Part shown: piece after piece, positions 33,341 to 44,585 of the stretch
How the letters are laid out: every line of letters begins with the position of its first letter
Numbering within the stretch: the stretch's first letter is position 1
NCBI GenBank assembly: GCA_001949185.1
Contig: BDGG01000016.1
Span: 186,001 to 250,000 of the forward strand
Source of the DNA: Ramazzottius varieornatus
Taxonomy: Eukaryota > Animalia > Tardigrada
Direction of reading: 5' to 3'
Length of the DNA stretch: 64,000 bases
The notes under the pieces: generated by a model
Seen by the model: the letters and a program-made list of their open reading frames with translations, nothing else
Told to the model about the DNA's origin: nothing
Database searches by the model: none
Position numbers and translations under genes: made by a program

Positions 33341-34572
33341 ATGTGGACAACGTGCTTCCTGGCGATATTCGTTGTCGCCGGTGCGCTAAGTACCGCATGC
33401 GGAAATCGGAACCAGGATGTCGCATTCCCCCCGGTCAACTTCTCCGAGCATCCCGAATGTAATCGCCCCTCGAGCGGTCAAGTGCCTTTGCCAAAAGTGT
33501 CGACAAGCTTTGGACTCAATATGGAAATGAAAGTTCGTCGTCCAGGAGCTGAACTCGGAAGGGCCAAGTTCGAAATGGTGACCTCTAAGGTATTTTACGA
33601 CAGCATCGGACAGCGTGGAGCTGTTATTGCGCCGTTTTACAATAGTACGAGAGCCATCATACTGCTGGATTTCAAGAAAAACTTTGGATACGATGTCAAA
33701 GGTGAGATACGTTCTGGAATATCAATACTTCAAAATGGAACCTTTACAGTTGCGTTTGCGGTTCGCCAATCAAACAATCAGTAAAGCGAAGACTTACTTT
33801 TTAAAGTAAAATTCCATTTTTGCAGCCGGGGATTGCACTAAACACGACATTCATTCGCGCGAGTTCGGAAGTGGCAACGTGAACGAGCCTGCAACTTTTC
33901 TGGCCAAAATTACTGGAGCTTTCAAGGTGCTCAAACAAAGCAAGCTGGATGTTTCTGAACCAGTTTACCTGGGCGACGCTCTCACGGCAAGAGAGACTCA
34001 ATGGGACTCAATGTATTTACGACCGTGTGAAGGGTAACCTAGACCTGTGGACCTACCAGTACAATGCAGCCACCATGAAACTCCTACCAGATCTGCCTGA
34101 CAAGGACTTTCCTCTCTGTTTTGAAGTCAGACGAATCAGCGCTCCTGGTACACATGAGCAAAGTTTTCTTTCGTTCAAACATTAAGGGTGCACGAAGATT
34201 TATCAAAACTATGGTCATTTACAGCCGACAGCAGCCAGCCAGACTACAGTGTACGACAAAATAAACCGTTAAAAATGGGTGTCGGATGGAGCCAAATGGC
34301 TAAAGCCAATGAAATTTGCGTTTATAGCAAAATCGAATTCTCATTGGCTGAGGGGTAAGTAAGCTCCAGCTGGACGGTTACGCCCATTTTTAACGGTTAA
34401 TTTTGTCGTACACTGTACGCCGCCATATTTGACTTTGTGGACTTCAAACCGGAGATCGAAGATACCACAGTTTTCTCGGTAAGTTCCCTGGAACTGAGTG
34501 CTAGCCGGTACACGGCGCGCTTACTCAACTGATGTCTTTCAGGTTCCTCGTGGAGTGAAATGTCCTGCTTGA
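33341..34572 (+). CDS. Secreted ependymin-related/LolA-fold-like protein, disrupted by an exonic MITE (possibly a pseudogene or truncated allele). Exons 33341-33701, 33826-34147 (internal frame change), 34225-34478, 34543-34572
   Basis: Signal peptide MWTTCFLAIFVVAGALSTA, then VFYDSIGQRG, ILLDFKKNFGYDV.AGDC and ERLNGTQC. After removing the MITE the C-terminus reads DYAAIFDFVDFKPEIEDTTVFS|VPRGVKCPA*, typical of the F.dF..gi.D..vF..P..C ending of EPDR-like proteins. Family assignment is by motif recall. Confidence 0.6.
34247..34415. mobile_element. MITE family B (169 bp, Tc1-like CAGTG ends, TA duplication) inserted in a coding exon
   Basis: 36 bp TIRs CAGTGTACGACAAAATAAACCGTTAAAAATGGGTGT with 2 mismatches. 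TA at 34245-34246 and 34416-34417. Removal restores an uninterrupted reading frame. Confidence 0.93.
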
Positions 34573-36136
34573 GCAGATGTAATGGTCACACCGTGGCGTG
34601 ACCCTATCCATTTTGCAGCGGTTATATCGGTACTCGTACCTTGATACTCAGCATTTTTACTGTGCACGTACCACAGGCTAAATGGATTGTGAGTTGCGCA
34701 GTACAGCTAATAATGGTGTTTTTACATTTTTGTCCGATTTGTACGAGACAAGATTAAATTTCCAGACTTGGTGCCAAAATACAGGGTGATCACGCCAAGT
34801 GACTACCACCTGAAACTGTGGCACAGAAGAAATTCAGATTCTGTTCTTGTTTCGTTCCTTAAGACAATTTGGACAAATTTTTACGATCCTTTCGTGCAGA
34901 CAAAGCCTATTTGCATACGTCGAGTCTTTGGTTGGAAAAGGTGGTTAAGATGACTTCCGGTGGGGAATACTTTTCAGCATGAACAAAACAAGGTCTCTGG
35001 ACCTCAATCAACCTCAGGTTGCCTTTGACGGACTTACAACAATTTAGGTTGTTATCGAAAATTGAGAAAGATCATAGGAATACGAAAGAAGCCTTACAAA
35101 TGAATAAAACCGCCGATTTCACTGGTTTGCCGGGAAACAGCTCCTCGTGACAAAAATCGTAAATTATGCTCCAAATCTTTGTACCAACTACTGTTAACAT
35201 TGACATTGCGAGCTCTCTTCAGACAGCTCAATAAAAAGTTTCAAAATTGCTTCAAAAGCTGAAAAAGTTGTTGCTTCACGCGAACTCGGTTTTTGCGGAA
35301 AGTGTTCCTGGATTGAGCTCCGCTCGATGTACTCAGAAAGTTCTAGTTTCGTATAGTCTATGATGTCTACCGTTTCTTATTTCTGCTAAATTAGTCGATG
35401 AAAGATTGAAACCATTTCGAGAAACGTTGCTTTCTGGCGTCCGCCCTGTATTTCGGCACGATTTTATTGACTTTTTTTTGTATCATTCAATCAACGCGCG
35501 GTACGATGGCACAGCATATTTTTGTTGCTAGCTAAACTACATTTGATCAACTTCTAATGGGCAGTTTGGTTGCAAAAGTGTTAACGAGTAAGATACGAAT
35601 TTTTTGCGGAGTGAGAAGGAGCGAAAAGTTCGCCCCGGATCAGCTTCCTGGATGCACCTTCCCCAGTTTCCGGTCGAGCTTGACTTCCCATAGACATTGG
35701 GTGACGGCTCCTCTCACCACCGACGCCACCGTTCGGCTCACCTCACCACCGGTTGTAGACGCAAGTGTGTTGTCAGTTCTGAACAGGACAGACTCAAATG
35801 CTATGATCGTCTTAGGAGGCATTTTTCATCCCAGAGAGGCATCTTTATCTGGCAAAGTCTGCCGAGCTGGGTGATCTCTATTTTTAACGCCAAGAGAGTA
35901 ACTGAGGCGAAGCGTAGACCCGGGCGCCCAGCCGCGAGTTCCTCTAAACCACCAGAACAACTTTACGTTCACTCGCTGTTGTATTGTCACAGCATCGTCT
36001 TACTACAATAGTGTTCTTGGTGGTATATCGGTCACCACCAGTCGAAATAAATTTCTGGGTGGTGGTGCAATCATGCAATGAGCATGGCATCAATTGAAAC
36101 GGGTTGTACCCTCCAACAGCAGCGCTCACGAGTCAG

Positions 36137-36853
36137 TCAATATGGATAATTGAAACCAAGAACCGGAGACTGTCGGTCAGGCTGCCTAGCAGGACCAATA
36201 TGAACGACACCACCACCTCGCCCGCGAAACTCACCGCGAGACAAAATCGCGCGAGTCCCTAGACTGGGTGGAGCTCTGTTCGTTGCTTGTTTCAGCATAT
36301 CTGCAAATACGGTCCTAACCAGATTTAAGTTTCCCGACCCCAATAGTTCATCCACGTTGGGCATTTCTAGCGTTTTGGTGGGATCTGCCACCGGATAATG
36401 CGAAGCGACGGCCAACAGCTTGGGCGCGGAGAACTCGTCGGCAAAAAGCAGCAAATGAACCAGGTTCTTCGCGACCAAACACCGGATCAACAGTCTTTCG
36501 CAGTGTTCCTTCAGGTCCAGCAGTTCGTACTTATCAGCTGCTGCCAGCACGTCCTTGGCTTGGTCGTCGGGGATGTCTAAACAGCCATAGTACATGGAAC
36601 GCAGTACGGCCTCCAGAGCAGTGGCCGACACGTCTGGTATCTCCCAACGCCTCAGTTTCGTGTTCCTCCAAGTTGGACGTAAACATGCGAGCAAAGACCG
36701 GCGAGCTTGCGTTCAAGATCAGTTTGTGGACTGGATGTTCGGTTCCGCTTCCCGAATTCAAGGTAAAGTCTCGACCAATTTCGGACTCGTAAATTAGTGT
36801 TTCTTCATCTCCGGTGTCACGTTGGATGTGGCTTCGCTACGATTTCTGGCCAT
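36137..36853 (-). pseudogene. Intronless BTB/POZ (SPOP C-terminal-like BTB-BACK) gene with two frameshifts
   Basis: The N-half of the BTB domain (DFTLNSGSGTEHPVHKLILNASSPVFARMFTSNLEE) and the C-half (EIPDVSATALEAVLRSMYYG...VLAAADKYELLDLKEHCE) are in different frames, breaking at ~36645. The ATG at 36853 reaches TAA after 19 codons. Confidence 0.75.
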
Positions 36854-37393
36854 GGTGTTATATAACTACTTCCCAGTAGACGCACACGACAAAAGCTAAC
36901 GCAACCTCCGAAATGCAGTTCAGAAATGTATTCCACGGCTGAACATGTGGTCGCTCGCTGTGTATGTTGTCCATGGGAATCAGCAGGTCGCTAGATACAA
37001 ACCGCAGCGAGATCTACCAGATAGAGCTACCAGAAAAAGCAAACGACTTTCTTCACCATTTTGTGGACTTTGCCACACGTCAAGTTTCCTGCCACTAACA
37101 GCAACCTTTTGGGTGATTCATCGGGAAACCGAGGCATAGCACAGTCAATAGCGGAAGTTGATATGAAAGTCGATATGGATACTTGTTCAACCAACAGGCA
37201 AACGCACATTCGTTAGGGGTCGCATCTTCGGCGTTTACTACATCGGTACGTGTTCACCTTTCAAACAGCTTGATCGTTTGGAAGCATTCTTACACTGCAA
37301 ACCGCGGGACTTAAAAACGAACTATTTGATAGAAACTCTGGAATACGGTAAGGCCCCATTCGACTAAGAATAAAGCACTTCGGTACAACACAT

Positions 37394-39043
37394 TCACAAA
37401 GACTTATGCTGGGTGTTACTCCTGTGAACTGGATGATCTCGCAGCTGGGCGATCAGATCCTGCGGCTTCATGTCCCTTTTGCAAACCCGGTGGACGGCTG
37501 TGAAGAGTGGAAAGTCGTCCTCGGCATTCTTCTGCTTCAAAAAGGCGTTCACCTCCTCCGCAGTACCGGGACCCTGCAGCTGCTGGCCATTTAGCATTTC
37601 CGTCTGCAGCTCCTCGATGGACTTGTTGGGTTGCGCGGCAAAAGCCGCCGCGACTCTGCGATTACGGCCTCCATACGACGTCGTAATCACATCAGCAATA
37701 CCGCAGCTTTCGAGGAAGGTCCCACGATAACCACCAGGAAAGAACGTTTCGGCAAAGTCGATCATCCTGAAAGATGAAGAAAATTATACATTTGAAACCC
37801 GGATTAACCTTCCCAAGAAGAGCCTACTCCATAAATCCAATGCGGATGACTGCGGCCTTCGTGTTTCCTGCTTTGTCTCCATACAGTCCGTCGATCAGAC
37901 CGGCTCCAAAGGCAACAATATTCTGCGAAGGATAAAACGTCCATTTTTGTACCTGAGCAAATTCAAAGTCAAAGTGTCATGGCTGGGTCTTCAAGTCACA
38001 CCTTTAAGGCTCCGCAAAGTTCTGCCCACGTAACGTCTTCCACCAAAGACACCCGGAAATTGTCCGTCTGGATGGCTTCTCTGTATTTCTCTCCGTGTCT
38101 CAGGTTCCTGAAGGCTGCAATCATCAGCTTGATAAGAAAAACACATTACATAAGCAGTCGAGCGGGTTTATTTACCGATGGTTGTTTCGCAGTATTGCTG
38201 TTGGGCAACTTCGTTAGCAACATTGGCTCCCATCTGCAAAAAGACCCATTATAAAACATTTACCAAGACCGAGACGGTTGGCGGAAAGCAGGCTCACCAG
38301 GACACCGCATTCGATCTTTAGAGTATTCTTGATGATGTCGGAAATCAGGCCAATCTTGCCAGTTTCGGTGCTCAAGCCCTTGATCAACGAAATGGCGCTA
38401 GCGTCAGGTTTGATCTTTCCTGCCAAAGTTTGGCACGTCTTGGAAACAAACTGATGTGGAATCACGAACAGCAACATGTCGGCATCTTGTGCGGCCTTCA
38501 CTACATCTGGCTCGGCAACCTAATTACATGCATAGTTGATGGATAGGCATGGCAAAATAGGCAAATTCCTGCAGGACTACAATACGCAATGCGTCCAACA
38601 TGAGCAGGCGGTGGCGTCGTGTGTATCCCATCATACAACGTAAGTTGCGTAACTTCAGATAAGAGGCGCAGGACTATCTACATTTCCATGTTAAACAAGC
38701 CTAGGAAGCCAAACAACGCGCGAGCTGATCGGCGACTTACGATATTGTCGGGTAATTTGATCCCTGGCAAGTATTTGACATTCTCGTGATCCTGGTTGAT
38801 GATTTCGGTCAGCTTCCGGCCGTTGACTTCTTCTTCGAACACCCACATGCGCACTTCATTCTGGAAAATGCTGGGTTGCCTCTTGATGTTGGCGCCGATA
38901 AGAACGGCGATCGCACTTCCCCTGCAAAAGAATTGTATCTAAAAAACGAACAAGAAGGATCTGTAAGCTCGCCTTACTTACCAGTTACCCGACCCGATAA
39001 TGGCTAAACGCAATATCTTCTGGCCGGTCGGAGATGTTGCCAT
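37394..39043 (-). CDS. GPD1: Cytosolic NAD-dependent glycerol-3-phosphate dehydrogenase, 7 exons
   Basis: IIGSGNW|[63 protein letters not shown]|[55 protein letters not shown]. Introns are canonical GT-AG. Confidence 0.96.
38608..38656. repeat. Degenerate paired-motif element copy (GPDH intron 2)
   Basis: GCGGTGGCGT-N29-GCGTAACTTC. The spacer end ACAACGTAAG resembles that of the 54068 copy. Confidence 0.45.
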
Positions 39044-42000
39044 GTTGAGAGGAGAGCGATTTTTCCGTGGAAAACGCTGATGTCGATCAAGAAGATCAGC
39101 TGACAGTTGGTGAACCAATAGATTACAACTGCTCGCCCGGGGCCGTCCACCGAATGCACCTCCAATGTTGCCGCCGGCTGCAGTATTCCACGAACCACTG
39201 ATGTTTGTTTTGGGACCAGCCCTGACCCCTCTTGGCGCTGACGAGCCTGTCAGCTGCTCAGAAGACGCTAAGAGGAAGACATGCACCGAAAGACGTCCAG
39301 GTCTCGGGATCTGGAATTAGTGGAATCTGATAGGCCCCTAAAGGCGCCAAAGGTTCGAGGCTTCGGCCAAAATCCGGCGTTTGGGAACACAGCTGATCAA
39401 CGGTTACCCAAATCATTCGAAGACAGAACGAGGTAGAATTTACTCCGTCAGGGGGCCACTCAAGGGCCCCCAAAAAAGCCCCTTAGCCGTAACTCATGAC
39501 CCCGCTGATGCGTTTTGGCTGGCTGTTCGTTCTCAATGTGATACCTCCACGTCTTCCTTCACAATCTTCCTCGTGTAACACCACAGTATCGCACCAACAC
39601 GCCATGTCTTGGGGGTGGGAAATGTAGATGCTGGCAGCAAGACTTGGGCAATGACTTTTCACAGTATCAGTGGGAAATCCCACATCTTCCCGCGGACAAT
39701 AAGTGCGGAGTCGTTCGATGGAAAGGCAGGTATTATCTAGTCGAGCTGATATGGCTTCGTACTAGTGAAATCTGTTTAGCTGCTTATGCCTGTTGCTTTT
39801 GCAGATCGTTCCGTCCTCCATCAACATGACGTGGGAGTCTTCTGGGACCTTCGGCGATACCACCTGGGTCAGTAGAGTCTTCAGAGGATCACACTGTTAG
39901 AGGATTACTAGTTCTGGTTTGATTGTCCGTACTAGACCAGTCTTGATGTGAGTTATCAAGGTTCTTTTTTCTGCTTGCAGGACACGACGTAGTATCAGTG
40001 GAATCAGTCGTTCTCGCCTTGAAGTACCGTGCTGGGTTATTAAAATCGTTTTGTAATCATTGGTAAGCCGTTGAATAGAACACTTCCGGACATGAGTGAA
40101 CCGGCGGAATGGATCCGTTCATATTAGTATTCTTCTAACAGATCCGCTTTTACAGGCTTGGTTTGGATGGCCTCAACGCCCTTGTACGGTTCGCCGTTGT
40201 CTGTGATTTGCCGGGAGGAGGAGATGCGGCCTTGGAACTGCAGCGACAAAAAATCTTCCGGGCTTTCGACGATCTAGAGGTTAGTTTTACCTTCACTTCT
40301 CTACAAAACTCTTCGGTCAGCTGTGGCCTTACGGTTAAGGCTCTTCTTACCTACAGATGCAGTTCAGTAATGTCGGAGGGACGAATAACCCGTCGCGAGC
40401 CAGGCGTGAAGGCATCGGTCGCTTCGTCAAGCAGTTTGTGGAAGACTACCCTCGCCCTTTCCTAGTTGTGATATCAGGTGCGTAATATACACTTCCGTTG
40501 TTTGAAAGTTAGGGCTTTGGATAATCAAAATATTTCTCTCTGAAGATGAGCTCCAGCTCCTGCAGTCCGTCCGGAACATTGTCGGTGAAGCTGTGATCGT
40601 CCCTGTTATAAGTCGTTACTACAAAAGAGGCCATCAGACGGATGGTCTCACCAGACACTTCTACAACCGCATTCTTGCCAACAACATCGTTGTTCATCCC
40701 TGGGACGTGTAAGTTCTCGTCGTTTTATCATCAGACATCCAACCAGTCGGTATGTTCTTCCTTTTCTTCAAGGTATTTTTACGAAGTTATCATGGCCACG
40801 CAAATAAAGGTTCGTTCTCGTTTTCTGTTTGTCCGTTTGTAGTACCAGGATGTCATCGGTGTTTATTTTGTATCCTCCAGGGTCATCGATATCCACGAAA
40901 TGTCCTCCAGATTTTGTACTCGAAGAAGAGGGATACGGGAACCCTCAAAGAACCACTGATAGCTTGGGTCTTGTCTTTGGTCCTGCAGAGTGCCGCAGTG
41001 CATCTGTTTTATCGATATGGAATATTCAAACTAAGTCCATAAGCTTAGCAGAGCAGCTCTGATAAGTGTCTTTCCTGTGTGCTTTAGTTTTTGTTTTACT
41101 GTTATCCCTGCTTGTTTTTCGCCAGCGCGCTTCCTGATCTCAGTCCTTCTCGACTTCCTTGTGCTCTTTGACGACTTTCGCGTGCTCATTTTACTCGCTA
41201 TCGACCGTTCATAGGAGCTTTTGCTCGAGGAGTGGAACAAAAGGACGGAGGAAGTTGTCGACCTTGAAGAAATAACGCAGGTGTGATAGCGTACACATTG
41301 GCGCAAGTAAAGCAACAACGGGTCTGTTTGTTTGAACGGGGCGCATTTTTCAGTTTTGTGGCCATCGTTTGGTTACTCGCGATCGAAGGTATTCGTCTTG
41401 AGTGAACTGCCGGAAAAGCTACTGTGTTTCCTTGGACGACGTTGTTATTCTTTTTTCATGATGGTCCAAAACAAACACAGAGTCATCTTCTGTTGTTGAG
41501 TACAATAGAAGTTGTTCATGTTGAGTCGCAACATTTTTACGCTTGTGCAAACGCGGAAAACCCGATTTATCCGCTGTGCTGGAGGCCTCAATCACCACGT
41601 TATCGCCCATTCACGTTTTCACACTGGAGTGTGCCGTGCAAAAGCATGACATGAAGCCGGGAAACTTGCGCGGGTTGCGACGAAGAGAATATTCGCGAAA
41701 TTATCATCGTACAAAACTGTTTGAACGAATTGGGCGGATCCCTCGGGAACATTTGAAAGGTTCATATATTCGGTTCTCATCTACATATTTCTCATAAGCG
41801 ATTGTTTCTAAAATATTTATTATAATTTGAGACTGATATTTGTCGTTAGGTGTTAGTCATCAACTTGCTGTTCAGCCGGATGTGCATACATCAACCGACG
41901 CAGTTCAAACTCTTCTGTTGGGGCAGAAAGACGACGGAGCAAAATTTCAACTGGCTAGCTGCACAAAGTCAGCTGGGTAGGTCTCGCATTATATATTCAC

Positions 42001-44585
42001 GGCAGAAAAGTTTGGCGCAGTATTAACTCTTTCCATATTGTAGTACAATATTTGCTCGAGGCCGGCCATGATGATGGTGGAAAGACGGCGATGAAGCCGT
42101 ACAATACGCCATATCGCCAATTATGTTCGAACTCCGCCTCAGCTTTGGCTAAGCTAAGAAGTTAACACGGCGCTGGCGATAAGCACGTCTCCATGCCTTC
42201 CCAAGCGCTGACTACAGTTCACGGAAAAGTCTCTTTGTTCGACCAAACAGCGCTCGTCTCCTTTCCTTTTCCTTTCCTGCAGCTAAAGCTCCAGTGGTCA
42301 GATTTGGATAGAACGAAGCTTCGCGATTTCAGCCTTGTTGTGCCCAGCTTGACTTTGACCGGTCGAAACTCAGAATCGTCTCGTGGCCTTCTTTTCATTT
42401 GGAGCAACTCGTGTAATTCAGCACTTTGACAGCCTGGGACACTGTTTGGTTTAACTCTCCCAAGATCACAGGAAAATCTCAGACTTCCAATCGGCACACA
42501 TATCTGATGTTTTGGGGATCCTGACCTCATTCGGACGCTCCAATTGGAATTCCAGTTGCGTATAATCGACAAATCGGCGCAAAGGCTTTTCTGATCAGGC
42601 ACGTCTTACTCACCGTACCAGGTAAATCTACTCTATGTCCTGATCGCGAGAAGGCTACGGAAATTGCATGTGGAAAGCGGTTCTAGATCTGTCTCAAAAC
42701 TTTCTCAACGTTGATTAAATTTTGAAGGAATTTAATACTGTTCGAAGAAATTTAATACTGAAACAGAAAACATATGCGCGAATGAAACGGGGTACCGGTA
42801 ACGTCTGTTTGGTACTTTGTATTACCCTTTTATTGCCAGTTTTCCCAGACGAGTCAGTTTTGTTGAAGGACCGGGTTGTTCATAAAGTTTTCGTTGGAGA
42901 GCCACATATCGTTTGAAGTTTGGAATGAACTAGTCAGGAGAAAAAATGAACAATATACAAGCAGCTGAGGAATGTCAACCATGCGTGACTTCCGATTGCT
43001 CGCGCGATGTTGATAGTTGGCTGGATAAGCGATCGAGGACCTCGACCATTTTCCGTGTAGCATTGTCTGGGTCGCCAGGTGGATTTCATTCTGTTATAAA
43101 GAACTAGAAAGTATTTCTGAATTGCATATTTTCCTATTGACCATAGCTCGTCTGTTTGTGTGTACTCGGAAACGTGTCCATGTATGCTTCGACAAGCACA
43201 TTCAACCGTTAAATTCTCTATTGCTGAAATGGCAAAACATACTCTTACAATTTGGGACGGCTTCAAAGTAAGCACAATCGTTGTTTCGTAAAATATTCGA
43301 AAGTATCTTCTCCAGTGATCCTTTTGGCGAACTAATCGCGCTTCCGTTATTGGTGTTTCACCAGGTTCACTGACAAGCGGATAGTGCTCCGCGCCTGTCC
43401 GCGGAAGTCGCTGATTATGTTTCCGCACAATCTTGAGGCAACTCGATATGATAATTTGATTTATCACTTAGCCATACACGATGTGACCGCATCTTCGTCG
43501 CTCTTTCAGATCAGTTTATGCTGGTACTGCAGTCGAAAGTGTCCTACATGTGTAGGAAGCTTTGCGATGGCTTTGCTCGCGACGTGCACAAAGATTAATG
43601 AGCGGATAGAGAGCATACACAGATAGTTAGCTTCCGTGCGTCGTCACATGTTCAAGATCGTGTTGTTGCAAAGAATCTAGAGTCTATTCTGGGAGCGCCA
43701 AAGAATTTTGATCAGAATTCCCAAGTAGCAGCTGGCGCCAACAAGCTCAGTCATGGATAGCGCCGTAACGGGAAACATGAGATCCCTTCCAAAGCGCGCC
43801 CATCAACACTAACTGCAACTTCAATGTTACCCGCAACCTTCAGCCAAATTACTACCGTGCAACTTTGAGGAGCCATCCACTAGCAAACTCAAAGCTGCAT
43901 TGATATACTGAATATTCTGGAAAGTTGACTGGCTCTCGCACCAGGTGTACGGTATGCCTTCGGGCTCCCCGAACCGGTCAGCTGCCTCTACCGACAACGC
44001 GGGTTGTGTTCACTATCCATCACAACCGTCGTGGTTTGACACTGTTCAAACTCGCATGTTTCGATTGTTCAAGAACTCAACAAAGTCTATTTGAGGTTGC
44101 ATGAACTTTCATTACCGTACGTGCGGCTCTTCGCAGCTGTAGGTTTCACAGCAGGAGCTACCTGTTGCTTCGCTCTGTCACGCGACAGTGTATTTTTCCA
44201 AACTTTCAAACTAAACGGTTTACCCAACAGGTTCCTCCGGTCGTGAGTCCTCGGGTTCCCACTCTTTAGGAAAATAGTGAGTGTTTACGTGCTAATGAAA
44301 TCGAACTTGGGAGATTAGAATGACAATGCGGCAGGATTGACAGATGGGTTGTTTATCAATCTTGGCGTAAACAAATCGCCCACATGCGATTTTGCTCTAT
44401 GATTTGTTCAAGTATATACGTTGGGAACTCACTAAATTCGCCTGAAAATGGGGATTTTTTTTCCTGTTTATTTATCCTCTAATCGTAGTGATCGCGTTGC
44501 TCATTTGAATGTTATTGTTTTTGTAGGTGTTTCACGCTCCGGCGTTGACTGTATCAAACTGGATTCCAAGCTCGTCGATTCCATC

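Noticed and set aside
37394-37410. GPDH C-terminus -HKSL as a peroxisomal targeting signal
   Set aside because: KSL does not fit the PTS1 consensus (S/A/C)(K/R/H)L.
39044-39286. 81-codon in-frame extension upstream of the GPDH ATG
   Set aside because: It begins at GTG and has no targeting-peptide character. The ATG at 39043 already matches the family's normal start.
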